Of a stretch of 64,000 nt of DNA, positions 27,880 through 40,294 are shown piece after piece. Source of the stretch: Azolla caroliniana (taxonomy: Eukaryota; Plantae; Polypodiophyta); the NCBI GenBank assembly GCA_043228905.1, contig JBHGNT010000003.1:5642001-5706000 (forward strand). Reading direction: 5' to 3'. Each line of letters starts with the position of its first letter. Position 1 is the stretch's first letter. A program made the translations under genes and the position numbers. The notes beneath the pieces are model-generated. The model was given only the letters and a program-made list of their open reading frames with translations. It did no database searches and had not been told where the DNA came from.

Positions 27880-30800
27880 TTACACATCCGTAGGTTCCTT
27901 CGGACCCTTACCGTTTTCCTTACGGGTTGCCGTGTCTTCCTTCGCCTCTGCCACTGGTTCCCCGTCGTCTTTTTCTTCCATCCGTACCAATCCCGGTATA
28001 GTGCCGGTGGGCTGCATAAACGGGTTCTTTGGCATCGGTCCTTTATAGGGCTTTAGTCGAAATCCGTTCACCCACTTGCCTAGTACTTCACCGGCAAGTG
28101 TCCCTATCTGATAGGACCCGTTGTATTCCCGTGTCAGCCAATACGGGCCTGTCCATCTGAACCGGAGTTTACCCGGCATTTTGCCCATCCTCGTTTGGAA
28201 CACTAGAACCGGCTTTCCGATTTCGAACATCTTTTCGTTACCTTTCCGGTGACGGTCAACGAACGCTTTCCGTCGTCGTTGCTCCAGTTCCAGGTGTAGG
28301 ATGCTGGCCAGCCGTTGCTCCTCCAGTTCCCATAGTGCTGCTAGCCACATTTCCTCCGACTTCTTTTCATTCAGCCGTTCCCGTAGTTGGATCCGTAAGC
28401 TTGGTACCTGAAATTCCACTGGCATGACCGCCTCTAAATCGAACGCTAGCCGAAACGGCGTTGTCCGGATACTTGTTTTGTATGCCGTTCGGTACGCCCA
28501 TAGCGCGCTATGGAGCTTTGTGTCCCAGTCCGTCCGGTTTTCATTGACAATTTTGCAGAGAATGTTCTGCAGCGTTTTGTTGGTGGACTCTGCTAACCCG
28601 TTCGCCTGTGGGTAGTACGGTGTGCTTCGTTTATGGACCACGGCATAGAACGTTGTTAAGCTTTCCACTACCTGGCCAAGGAAGTGGCCTCCTTGGTCGC
28701 TGATTAATTCAATCGGACATCCATACCGGCACCAAATGTTCTCGTACAGGAATTTTGCTGTGGATGACGCGGTATTGTCCCTCAAGGCCTTAGCCTCCAC
28801 CCATTTAGTACAATAATCCGTTGCTACGATGACATAACGATTACCCGTTCTCATTGCCGGTGGCTTGAACGGTCCGACAAAATCCAACCCCCACTTCTGG
28901 AATGGCTCTAGTGGAAGTACCGGTTGGTGTGGCATCCGTGCTTGCTCCGTAGGCTGGCCCATTCGTTGGCATAGGTCACATTCCTTAGCATACTTGACGG
29001 CGTCTTTTAACGTCGTGGGCCACCATAAGCCGCTCTGCCATACTTTCCTTGCCGTCGCTTCCCCGGCATAGTGTCCTCCGGCAACCCCACAGTGTGCTTC
29101 CCGTAAGATTACTTCTTTCTCGTCACTACGGACTGCCCGTCTCCATATTCCATCTGCTCCTTTGTGGTAGAGAGTGTCCCGTAACAGACAGAAATTGCGG
29201 CTCTGTACCGCCAGTCGTTTCCTCTCGTCCCGGTTCATTTCCTCCGGTGGCAGGTCCGTGCTTAGGAACTGGTGCATGTTTGTCAGCCATTTATCTTTTG
29301 ATGCCACCGTGTCGTCCGCTGCCGTTTCCGGGGTGATACGGAATAACTCTGCGTCCGGAAATTCATCCGCTACTCCGTCGCCTGATTCTCCGGACTCTAA
29401 CCGGCTCAGGTAGTCTCCTACGGCATGCTGGATACCGGGCCGGTGGAAGATCTCGAATTCGAACTCCTGCAACAGCAAGGTCCAACGGGCCAACTTACCG
29501 GTCAAGGACGTCTTGGAAACTAAGTACAGGAGCGCCGAGTGATCCACATGGAAGGAGAACTTCCTTCCCAGTAGGTAATGACGAAACTTTGTTACACTGT
29601 AGATCATGCCCAGGGCCTCCCGTTCCGTCGTGGAATAGTTCTTCTCCGCTTGTGACAGCTTCCGGCTGGCGTAATATACCGGCCGGTACCATTTAGGCTC
29701 CGTAAGTTGCATTAAAGCGCTGCCAATAGCGATGTCGGAAGCGTCCACGAACACATGAAATTCCTTGCTCCAATCCGGAGGCTGCACGACGGGTGCCTGC
29801 GATAAAAGTACCTTCAGGGCATTGTATGCCTTATCCTCCGTATCCGTCCATTGGAACGGTGTCCGATGTACCGCGGTGTGTAATGGTGTAGCCAAGTCAG
29901 CCAAGTGACGGAGCATCCGGCTGTGCCACCGGATCTGTCCTAAGAATCGGCTTAGTGCTTTGGCTGTTTTCGGCACCGGTGCCCCTAGTATGGCGTTTAC
30001 TTTATCCGGGTCGACCGCAATGCCCTCCTTACTTACAATGTGTCCCAGCAATATTCCACTTGAAACCCCAAAGATGCATTTTGCTGGGTTTAAGCTTAGC
30101 CGGTATAACCTACACTTTTCAAGGCATAACCGTAGGTGCTGCAAATGGTCTTTTCCCCGGCTATAGACTGCAAAATCATCCAGGAAAACTTGCATGAAGG
30201 CAGGAATGTATTCGCCGAAGATCTCCATGATGATTCGCTGGAACGTTGCTGGTGCCGTTTTTAAGCCGAACATCATGACTTCGGCCACAAACACCCCCCA
30301 TTCGGTGACGAACGTTGTCTTCTCCTGGTCGTCAGGGTGCATCCGGATTTGATTGTATCCGCTGAACCCGTCTAAAAAACTATAGACTTCATGACCGGCG
30401 ACGGCATCCAGTACTCCGTCCGTGAACGGAAGAGGGAATGCATCCGTAATTGTGGCGGCATTTAGTTTCCTGTAATCTACACACACGCGGATTTTACCGT
30501 TCTTCTTTGGGACGACGACGATGGGGCTCAGCCACGTCGCTTTCTTTACCGGCCGGATGAAGCCCACTCTTAGGAGTTTGTCGATTTCCTCCTTCACTTT
30601 GGCGGCGTAGTTGGGGTTCATTCGGTAACGTCGTTGCGCCACTGGTTTCACGTCCTTGCCTAAGTGGATCTGATGCTGATATAATTGAGGGTTCAGCCCT
30701 CGCATGTCCTCGTATGACCAGGCGAATACGTCGCGAAACTCCATAAGAAGTTTGATCATCGCCGCTTTATCTTCCGGCTTCATTTCTTTGGCGATGTGTA

Positions 30801-33702
30801 CCGGCTTTGATTCGTCCTTGCTTCCTAGGTTCACTTCGTCGAGCTGGGATGCTTTTACCCGTTGGGAAACGGCCATTTCCCGTTCCAACGCTTCCTGTGC
30901 TTGCCGTAATTCTCGAATCGCATCTTTGTCTGGTTCGGCTTCGGTGTCGTCCCGCTGCGGCAAGTATGGGGCTACGGCTTCAGCTACGTCGATCTCGAAG
31001 AGTGGTACGATCTTTGGGTGTTCCTCCAACTACTGGGCTTCTTCGTCGTCTGCCAATCCTTCAAGCATGTTCACACATTCCGCATACAGCGGTGTGCATT
31101 CCTTACCGTTGCTCGTCCGTGGTTGTGTCGGAACCCGGACCTTGGCTTTTCCGCGCCGGAAGGTAATCATATTTTTCCGCCAATTTTGCTTGATGTGTGC
31201 TGTTTTCAACCATGGTCTGCCCAGCAACAGTGGGTACGCGCCTTGCGCCTGTAGCTGCAACACTACAGCCGAGATGTGAAATGTGTGGCCTCCTATGGTG
31301 ACTTCCAATTCCCGTATTAAGCCCGTTGGCCGTACAGAGCTCGTATCCGCCATCCGTAGCCAGAACGGACATGGCTCCCATTCATGTATACCCAAGGCAT
31401 CACACGTGCGGAGGCTTATTACGTTCACTCCGAAACCTCCATCGATTACTGTGCCGGGAAGTTCGTGCCCTTTGACAATAGCTGTGATCACCGGACTACT
31501 AGTGTCCACCACCGTCGGTCCCTCCTCCGGATTCGAGAAGAGGACTGGTGCCGGTGGGGCTATACCGTCTGTCATGACCGTTTTTAGTCCTTCTGTGAAT
31601 CGCGGCACGAGTTGCAAGAGTCTTCCTAATGGTAACGTGATCTGGCATTCTTGCAGTGCTTGCCATGTCTCGTTTTCTGGGTGGCTACCGCCGGCACTTC
31701 CTATGGTATTCGCCTTTTGCTGTTCCGCGTCCGCGACGTTCCTTTCATTGGCTTCTTTCACCCATTCCGTCGCCTGTTTTCGTATGGCCTCTTGTGTTTC
31801 CCACTCTTTGGCCATGCCTTTCGACCGTGTGGTTACTTGCTGTAAATCCGCCACTTCCGGAACCACCATATTAACTGCTGGTCGTTTCTCGTAGCTCTTT
31901 ACCGGGCACTGGTTACTGTAATGGCCTTCCTGCCTGCAGTAGTAGCAGTACTCTTTACGGGTATTGCTGGATTCAGCATTGCTGGTAGCCGGAGTCGGTC
32001 CCGTAGTGAGTGGTGCGTTCTGTGCCGGTTGGCTCCTTGGGGTTCCCTGTTCCGGGTCCCTAGTGTGACCACCTTTCTTGAAATTACGTTTCTTATTATT
32101 CTTATTTTTATTTCAGTAGTCCGGTCGTGGTAGATCGTAAAATCGGCCGTAGTCCTCCTGGTGCCTTCGGTAACCCGGGGAATGGTCTCTGTCGTATTGC
32201 TCGTGTCGTCTGTGGGGCTCCCGATAACGGTCCGATCGCTCATACCGGTCGTAGTTATCACGCCGATTCCCGTACCGGCCATCATTCTCTTGCCTATCCC
32301 CGTACCGGACATCCTGTGCCGGTGGGTACCGGTTCATTCTTTGCCAACGATCGTCATCTTCGTCTCGGCTGCTTCTTGGCTCGATCCGTCGGACGGGTGG
32401 TGCTTGTCGATTTAACAGGTTGTACTCGCACCGGTCCGTTGTATGACTCTTGGATTGACAAATCACACACTGAGTGCGCATGGTGCACTCTACTGCCGAG
32501 TGTCCGGCATTCAAGCAGATTGTGCATTGAATTGCCTGCCGGAACCGGAGATCTTCCTCGGTGGGTAACGCCCGTTGCAGTGTTCCCAGCGTAAGCCATG
32601 AGCTTGTCTTTTCCATTTCTCTGACCCGGTCAATGACCTGGTCGATGGTGCATCCTCGAAAGTCGATTACCGTACACACCGTGCGTAACGGTTCCCGGAG
32701 TGCGTTTAAAAATATCGTCCGTAATTCCTCCTCCGGGGGTGCACGGGCAAGCTGGCTATGCATTCGTTGGAAACGGATGACGAATTGGGGAATGCTTTCC
32801 CCTGCCTCCTGCCGGATCGTATAAAACAGGCCCACCATTGTCGTCTGGTCGACCTCCTTGTGGAAAAAATGCAAGAATTTTGCTTTTAATTCTGCAAAGG
32901 TTGTGATGGTCGCCGGGTCCTGCGTCCGCCGCCATCGTGTCGCCGGTCCCTCCAACGTGACTCCGAATTCCGCTATCTTCGAGCGTTCTTCTTCCTCCGG
33001 TGTCATTCGCTGGGACGTGTGATTTGCTTCCCATGTCTGCTCGAAGTCATGAACATGCGCTTCCGCGTCCGGGTCATCGCGATACTTTGAGTATTGGAAC
33101 GGCATGTCGTCGTCCAGTATTAGGCCGCGGTTTAGTGGCGTTTGTTGATATCTTTCCGGTTCTTTCTCCGGTTCTTTTTCCGATTCCTTCACCGGCTCTT
33201 CTTCCGGTACCTTTGCCGGCTCTTTCGTTGGTGTTGGTGGCTTTGCTTCTTCCACTTCCGGTGTTGGTGGGTTGACGGCTTCCGTTTGCGGTTCCGGATA
33301 GCCCTGGTTGAGCGGTTCCGGTTCTGGAGTCGGCACGGTATCCGACCCGTCGTCCTCCGGGCCGCCGGGGGTATCGTTGCTGCTCCGGTAGTTCGTGTGC
33401 ACGCTGTATCCCCCTTCGGAATCCGATTCGTAGGCTGAAAAGGCTTCTGCCTCGTTTTCTCCGCTTGCCAGTGCCTCGAGGAGGCGTTCGGTTTCCCGGA
33501 GACTACTTAGACTGCTTTCGTCGTCCTGGTCGCGAGTTTGCCGTAACCGAAGGGATTCCTCCGCGACTCTCCGGATCTCGTTGGAGAACGAACGATCCGA
33601 GCGAATTTCGTGCGCTGCTTGCTGGAAAGTCTCACGCCGTCTTTGCCGTTCGGCGAGGCGTCGAGCTCGGTCTGTAACCAAGTCGTGCGTTGGTCTAGTC
33701 AT
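27880..33702 (-). pseudogene. Element C single-frame gag-pol with two in-frame stops
   Basis: ORFs 32113-33702, 31030-31869 and 27880-31029 share one frame. CCHC knuckles (CTICLNAGH, CVICQSKSH, CYYCRQEGH); PR VIDGG; RT LDGFSGYNQI, FLDD; RH VDAS; INT WGLDFVGP, SDQG, PQANG; GPY. Confidence 0.92.
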
Positions 33703-34248
33703 CCATTACCATCGTTCGCTGCGAGAAAGCAGGAATCGTGGTCGCCAAACGTATAACACTGGGGTCCGACGCAACCCCTCTGATTCGGGACTTGCTGCCC
33801 TCCGGTAAGGGTGCCGCGACTGGCCTTACCTTCCGGTCCACAATCTTGTACTTTGTGCTAACTCGGGCCGTCCGATCCGACCGGAGCCCCTGACTGAAGT
33901 TCGCGATGACTTCGTACATCTCTTCTGAACATACCGGTATCGTCCGGTCTTCGTTAAGGTCTTCTCCGGCTACCTTCCTCAGCATCCCCAAGGTGTCGTC
34001 GAAGGAGACCGCCTCCACGGCTCCGCTGATTTCCTCGTCCGGGCCGAGAACTCCGCACGCTCGAAGTCGCTCCTCCGCCCTTGCCTTTTCTCGGCCAACG
34101 ATGCCGACTATCATACACCCTCCGTTGTTGAAGATGCAAAATTTTCTACCTATCGTACAAGGTTTCTTCGGTTTCGGTTCTATCGTACAGCTGTGGGGTC
34201 TTTCTCGAGTGTCCGGACTGTCTCGGCCCCACGCTTTGGCAGCCCTCT

Positions 34249-36355
34249 CTAAAAATCCTCTCGGTTCTCGCCACCGAGGGATTCGCGGTTTCGCTCGTGG
34301 TTCGGCCGCACCGTCAGAAATTGGACCGAATGGCGCCCGTCCTGGCTTTTGACCCTCGCGTATGCCGAACCGTTGTCCAGCACCTTGGTCTCCATTCGCG
34401 CCGCCGTGATGTATGGTTCCCCTAATATGACCGGGTGCGAGGATGTCTCCTGCACGAAGAAGTGCTGGTCAATCTCGACGTCGCCGATCTTGACTCGCAC
34501 GTTCGGGCATGCCCCGTGCAGTTCCTCAGTGGTGCGCGTCGCCGCCCGTATCTTCCACCCGTGCTTGGTGTTGATCGGCCATTTTCCCTTCTTGTAGAAG
34601 TCCATGGACATCAGGTTTATTTCCGAACCGTGGTCCACCAGTGCCACCACCGGTTCCTGAACATCTCCGATCTTCACCGGGGTCTCCGTGGTCGCTCGGG
34701 CCCAGTGTGGCCTCGAATAGTGGCTCTCCGCCCACTCATCTTCCAGCGCCATGTCGTCGATGTGCGTCGTCCACACCTCCACTGGTCTTTCTGGTTCTGT
34801 CTCCGTCAACAACCTCTTCCGCTTTACCAAGCCCACAATGGAGTCGTGGAACTCCTTCTTGGCGATCCCTAGCACCTCCCGCAATGACAGCTCCACTTTG
34901 TTGTCGAGGATCCGTTCTTCTAGGACCTTTCGCAGGTCCGTGGCCCTTTCGGTATCCGCCCTTCCTGGGGTTATCTTGCGCGCTGGATCCACCGGCTTCG
35001 TTTCGTCGTTGCCCGAATCGGGTCTCGTATCGTTGTGAGGGCCCGGCCGCTCCGGCTTTCCCCACTCGTTTGTCTTCTACCAGAGCCTCGTAGTTCTGGC
35101 AGGCGGCTTCTACGAAGCCCGTCTTCTCCTCGACCGGGTCGCTCCATCCGGTTATTTCCCGGACCCGTCTCTCGGCGCGGTCCGCTTCATCTTTCCTCAG
35201 CCGTGCGCCGGCGAGGCCTTCCAGCATTGCCGACCAGGATCCGGCTTTGCTCTCCTTTCGGGCCTCGCTGCCCCCGACCCGAATACCGGCCGACGCCGAG
35301 TAGTGGACGGTCTCCACGTGTCGGGCTGCTGCCTCTTCCTTCAGTCTCTTCATACCTCCTCGCCCGTCGTTTCGGTTTAGGGCCCTTTTCGTGTCACTGG
35401 CGTGCACCCGGCCTTCCCACAGGTACACCACCCGGTTCCTCAACACCTCTGCGAAATCGCCGCAGTCCTTCCGAATGTGGCCGACCTCGTCGCACCACAT
35501 GCACCTGTTCCCTACTGCCGGCCGTCGGTCACGAGCCGGTTCGTCGCCTTCCCTTCGAGCCTGGGCGATCTGGAGATCCTTTATCGCCCGCGTCAACTCC
35601 TCCAGCGCCGCTCCTCCGTACGAGCCATTGACCATGCGCCGGTCGAAGCCGAACCGGTTTCGAGCCACTCTCGGGTCTCTTCCCTTCGCCCTTGTGGTGC
35701 TGGTTCAAGCCTCCTTGCTGTGATAGAGCCCGCACCGGCCGCTCCGTTATCAACCCATTCTCGCCGTTTGTCGAAACGGCCACAGACTCTCTTAACCGTA
35801 GCCCAGTCGGTCGTCAGCCCGTCTTCGGTTTCTAGCAAGGAGCCGACTTGATCCCGGTCCCGCTCGTCCACCGACTTGACGAACGGTAGGACTCGGCTCG
35901 TATCCGGTTCGGTCAAGCGCCGAAAGGCGCGCAAAGCGTTCTTCAAACTCCCGGAGGAGTGCCGACGCGTTTCTTCCCTTGCCGGGGGCCTCCACCCATT
36001 CCATGAAGTCCCGTTTCGAAAGCCGGAGCTCGTCGTCCAGCTCGTATTTTTCTAGGAGTCGGCCTTCAAACTCCTCCCAGGTACGACTCTCCGCCCGCAC
36101 CTCGAGCACCTCCGCATGGATGCTCGGCATCGCCACTCAAGGGAACCCGGCAAGACGCCTCTCTTCCGGAATGTCCCGCATCAGCATTTCTGCCCCGTAG
36201 GACGCCAAATACTTCGTGGCATCCTTTCCACTGAACCGGCTGATCGTACCGACAATCGCCTCAATGGCTCTGTCGAGGGCACTGGTGCCCTCGCGTGTGC
36301 TCAATATCCGATCCATGGCCGAAGCCATGGCCTCTGCAAGATCCGACCCCCTCAT
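34249..36355 (-). pseudogene. Gypsy B gag-protease (frameshifted)
   Basis: Collinear with gag of E (MRGSDLAEAMAS...). CMWCDEVGH knuckle; protease ALVDHGSEINLM and ILGEPY. Confidence 0.88.
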
Positions 36356-36398
36356 CTTCTGCTCTTCTGCCGCCTCCTTCACTTTGGGTTCACCAAGG

Positions 36399-37038
36399 TG
36401 TCGAGGTATTCCTCGCGGACGCGTGGAATGAGGCGGGACCTCGGGGGTCTTGCACCGAAAAGCAAGAGAGAAAGGAGAAGGGACCCACTACGTGCGAGCG
36501 TAGATTCACAGGGACACGACCCTTCGACACAAAGACGCGAGTGGTACACCGACACAGAGAGACACGAATGTATGTATATATATATTAACAAAGACAAACA
36601 ACAAGAAGCACGAAGTCGGTTACAACTGAACATGCCGGCGAACAGATGCCGTTGCCTATTCGTAAACGCACAGAAAGAAAAGAAGTAGGTTGGAGGTGCT
36701 GCCGGAAGCGCTCGGGCATTCCTCAGAGCAGCGCGAGCCTCCCGAAACCTGCACAAAAAGAAGCTACGGGGCTTGGAAGAGAGAGAAGCCTTCGACCGAC
36801 AACTCGACAACACTTCGTCCTCTCTATCGTCGATCCCCTTCCTCCTTCTCGTCTCCCTCCTTTTATAGGCAAGAAAGGAGCCGTTTCCCATTAACTTCCT
36901 ACCTACCGAATCTACCTACCTAGGATCTTCTATGTACCTAATTCTCTCTTACGTACAACATAAGGCGTATGTGCATGAAGAGCCGGTTCCTACGATCCGG
37001 TGCACCGATTCCACTTGTGGACGGTTTTCTTCACGACA
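36399..37038 (-). repeat. 5' LTR of Gypsy B
   Basis: Pairs with 20645-21284. Confidence 0.95.
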
Positions 37039-37396
37039 GCGCGACGCTTGAGGAACCAATCACAACCTAGGGTGAGGGGGAAGAGTTGGTGGGGCAAGAC
37101 ATAAAAGTGATGTGAGAAGGTGATAGTGCCTAAGGTGAAGGTGCAATGGGCTTGTGTGTGAGAGTGGTAACGATGTTGGTGATCGCCAAAAAGGACTTGG
37201 ATGGAACGAGCAGTGGATGTGGCGAGACCTAACCGGTGTACTAAAGCGGTGCTAATAGAAGATATACTACTACTAGTGTCTAATAAGATGGTGTGGGTGC
37301 AGTGATTAATGGTGACGAGGGCGGTGCATACCCTCGAACTAGAAGAGGCGGACGCTTGGATGTGCGGGGCTGGCTCTTGCATCAGCACCCCGGACG

Positions 37397-38365
37397 TTAG
37401 TTTCCCGGAAGCTTAGCCAACGATGCCGCGTCAGCCATAGTTATCTGGACTTGTTGCTTGTGAGATTGTTGTTGCAATTTCCGGCATTGACGTCGGACGT
37501 GTCCATAATTGTGGCAATAGAAACACCTTGGGCGCCCTTGGCTATCGCGATCGGGACGGTTGCGGCGAGCTTGCAATTGCATGTTTTGGACATCAATGTC
37601 CATGGGGGTCGCGCCTTGGTATTGGGCGCGTGAGTCGGTGGCTGATTGATGGGGCCAATGAGGTTGGGTGTCAGATAATGTACAAGCTTCGATTTGTTGG
37701 GCGATGAGGATGGCGTCGTTGAAAGTCTGCGGACCTTGGTCCCGAGCGCGGCGAGTGATGTCGTGGCGCAGACGAGGCCATAAGAAGAAAAGCTTCACAT
37801 GTTCGGGCATGGTAGGGTCAGCGCAAATGAGGAGTTGATTGAGGCGAACACCAAATTGGCCCACGGGTTCGTGTGCTTGTTGTTGCAATGTTCCGAGTTC
37901 TTGTAACGCCGTTTGGGCTGAATTTTGATGGGCGAAGTTTTGTACAAGGAGATCCCGAAGGATCACCCAATTCTCGGTCACGTCTCTTGATTGTTGGACG
38001 TACCAAGTGGCGGCGACGTTTTCGAGCAAGGTACGAACTTCCAAAGCTTTGCGTTAGTCGGACCATCGATGGTAACTAGAGATCATCTCAAAATGATCCA
38101 ACCAAGCTAAGACATCCTCGGAAGGCAATCCGGAGAAGGACTTCGGCCGCACCTTGGAATCTGGACGATCTTGCGCGCGGTCGTTGTGAGCGGAGAGGAA
38201 GGAGAGCATAGATTGATTCATATGGCTGATTTGAAGCATGGTGTTGGAGACGAGTTCCAGGAGCTACTCCATTTGGAAAGGGGGAGGTCGTGCGTGAGGT
38301 TGCGAGAACTCAGGCTCCATCGGGGTATCGACGTTGGAGGCGGCGGAAGGGAATTGGGATGCCAT
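37397..38365 (-). pseudogene. Gypsy A gag
   Basis: Retrotransposon gag features, PMDID and CFYCHNYGHVRRQC knuckle. Internal stops and a frameshift. Ends CCG GGA AAC TAA. Confidence 0.88.
37400..37406 (-). promoter_or_regulatory. -1 ribosomal frameshift slippery site G_GGA_AAC (Gypsy A gag/pol)
   Basis: XXXYYYZ heptamer just before the gag stop. The -1 frame is open into the protease (GKLTSGVLMQEPAP). Downstream stem CGGGG(T)GCTG / CAGCCCCG. Confidence 0.75.
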
Positions 38366-38413
38366 GAACAAGGTAGTAGTGGCTAAAATTTGAGCCCGCT
38401 TCTCCACCAATTA

Positions 38414-38633
38414 TGTGAAATGCACATAAAAGGAAACCAAACCAGCCTAGCTAGCTTCATACTTATCATTCAATATATAGAAGATACAAAGGACCCATTT
38501 TGGGACGGCTTAGCTACACGTGTCCCAAAATGGTGTGCTAAAAGGGTGGGCCAAAATGGGTGATGTACTAAACGGGAGTGGCTAAAAGAGTGGTGTGTTC
38601 AAATGCATGCTCTTGCATGAAAGGGACACCACA
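38414..38633 (-). repeat. 5' LTR of Gypsy A
   Basis: Pairs with 16798-17017; followed on the minus strand by the tRNA-Ala-like PBS TGGTGGAGAAGCGGGC. Confidence 0.95.
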
Positions 38634-39328
38634 ATATTTCTATAATAAATATAAAAATATTCGATTTTTAAAAAAATTAATTAATTAAAATAAAGGTTCA
38701 TAAACTCCCCCCTTTTTTATTTGACATTATAAATGAGAGTTAATACTAATCATATCGTTATAATCTATTAATGAATTATTGCTCTTTTTTTAGTGAATTA
38801 AAGTTATTTAAATAAAAAAATGAATTAATTAATATTTTGTATATCTATTTTGCAAAACGAATGGTTTTATAATATTCTTGGGGCCATTTCGTATTCCTGA
38901 ATATCGAGAATATCACGAATGGCGAATATGGAGAATATCACGTATGTGTCAATCTATGCGTACCAATATATCTTATGCAAGAATCAATGCCTCCCCTCCC
39001 AAGTCCAAATCAAACGACCAACTAATGATATGATTGGTTTTTCATATTCAGACTGTTTATGTTTTATGGGAAAGTTAAATTGTGTTTCAAATATTGCATA
39101 GCTCTTTGAAGTGATTTCAAATGCATTAAATATGTTATGCATAAAGCATGATGAATAGTTAATTGCAAAACAAAGGTAAGGACAAGTTCCTATAACTTAA
39201 TATTGAGGCTTTCCTATTAATTGTTAAAAATGTAATTGCTTTATAAAATCAATATCTTATGTCATTGTTGGATTACCTGATGCATTCAATTTACATGTTA
39301 GGGACAATATATTAGTAAGAGGTTTAAT

Positions 39329-39879
39329 GTTTTTTTTTTCAAAAAGAGTTCCTTCATTAGAATTAAGAAAAGTGCCGGAGGGCTACAAAAATGTAAAATC
39401 AGAGAGTATTATATACAAAGGAAATGGTTATGGCAAAGACCAGGGGTGATGATATTTCCATAACGGTCCTTTAAAGGAGACTGTGAACAGAGGCAACTTC
39501 CTCCATAATTGTAGTAATTTTTTCCTTTTCTTTAGAACAACCTTCAAAGAGCTTGGCATATTGTTATATTGCACCGCACAACAGCCAATAAGCTCCCCCA
39601 TAATTCCGGCAATATTTTTGAGAGAAGAGGAATTATGGACTCATATCGTCTTTTACAACGATACTTCCATAATATCCATAATGTAACCGTAGATATTGTT
39701 TACCATACATGGGCTGCACGCTTTTGCTTGCGAGGTTGCTGAGAAGTGAAGACAGTAATTAGATGTTTGTTAATGACTGTCATAGCTTCTGGAGCATCAT
39801 CTGCTTCATACAACAGGAGACTAGAATGGAGAACCCCCCATATCGTTGATCCCCAAGAGAAGAGACAGCCCGCATTAAT
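39329..39879 (-). mobile_element. LINE 3' remnant interrupted by Copia F
   Basis: Minus strand reads 'W*TISTVTLWILWKYRCKRRY', an L1 ORF2 C-terminal pattern, and ends in an A-run at ~39329-39339. Confidence 0.5.
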
Positions 39880-40294
39880 TGTTAAGAATAAAGAAATAAC
39901 TTTATTCCATGCCTATTTGTAAAAGAATACATGTGCGTAAGCGTATGCGAAAGACAGAGTACACGGTTCAGAAGTACAACAATTTGGTAAAACGCAGAAA
40001 TCACAGAGAAAGAGAGAGAGAGAGCAGAAACGAAACGAAACTATATTCAAAAAATAATTCACTGTATGTTCTCTGTACATACTTCGTGCTCAATGAGCAC
40101 CTTTTTATACAAGCCCTGACTATTGGGCTGACACAAGTACTTACAGTACTTGACCGCTCATAAATGAGCATCCTACACTTCCAAAATTATTCCTTACGAG
40201 GAATAACATTCTAACGGCCTCTCGGTTTACATACCGCCACGACCATATTGTGTATACGGTTTTACGCACCTAATGTTGAGCTTGTCTCTCAACA
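39880..40294 (-). repeat. 3' LTR of Copia F
   Basis: TG..CA ends, immediately followed by ctccccctcaag (PPT on the minus strand). Confidence 0.8.

Larger units (their letters stand above)
24318..33758 (-). mobile_element. Gypsy element C (non-chromovirus, Athila/Tat/Phygy-like pol) with no paired LTRs
   Basis: TGTTAT...ATAACA termini and 5-bp TSD CTGGG (24313-17, 33759-63). B is continuous across the site when aligned to E. PBS TGGCGACCACGA at 33736-33747. Carries gag-pol and an extra ORF. Confidence 0.9.
21358..34258 (-). pseudogene. Gypsy B pol (RT-RH-INT), interrupted by C
   Basis: ORF fragments 33695-34114, 23796-24200, 23577-23789, 22503-23573, 22351-22662 and 21358-22260, collinear with the pol of E. 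Confidence 0.9.
20645..37038 (-). mobile_element. Gypsy LTR retrotransposon B (Ylt1/fungal-like lineage, same family as E), host of C
   Basis: 640-bp LTRs at 20645-21284 and 36399-37038. 4-bp TSD GCGC. Degenerate Trp-type PBS at ~36381-36395; PPT at ~21285-21299. RT: DLYSGYDQF, LPQGGTNS, FLDD. Confidence 0.95.
17045..37406 (-). pseudogene. Gypsy A pol (PR-RT-RH-INT), interrupted by B and D
   Basis: PR: ILLDTSSS...LGCDWFL (37039-37400). RT: RFCIDFRPLN, MPFGL, YLDD. RH: TDAS, TEKELLA. INT 17045-18232: GHLG, D..GPF, SDQG, PQTNGLTER, GPF. The frame rejoins across both insertions (KRR|AVIDF; L*P|FPSQRRFMLRD). Confidence 0.92.
16798..38633 (-). mobile_element. Gypsy (Ty3) LTR retrotransposon A, host of D, B and C
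   Basis: 220-bp LTRs at 16798-17017 and 38414-38633 (TG..CA, 2 mismatches seen). 4-bp TSD ATAT. PBS at 38394-38409, PPT at 17018-17028. Domain order gag-PR-RT-RH-INT. Confidence 0.95.
16437..38958. mobile_element. Putative non-autonomous hAT-like MITE (~0.7 kb), split by Gypsy A
   Basis: Imperfect TIRs (ATTATATTGACATATTCG versus CATAGATTGACACATACG, the reverse complement of the right end). Subterminal ATTCG/CGAAT motifs at both ends and an AT-rich body. Flanks actaccaa / cgtaccaa match 6/8, consistent with an 8-bp TSD. Confidence 0.45.

Noticed and set aside
31030-32115. Programmed stop-codon readthrough in C gag-pol
   Set aside because: The two stops fit point mutations (likely CGA>TGA and TAY>TAG), and no conserved readthrough context can be shown from one copy.
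21178-36923. Many overlapping and antisense ORFs in B and C (likewise in E)
   Set aside because: Expected shadow ORFs in GC-rich coding DNA; no recognisable motifs.
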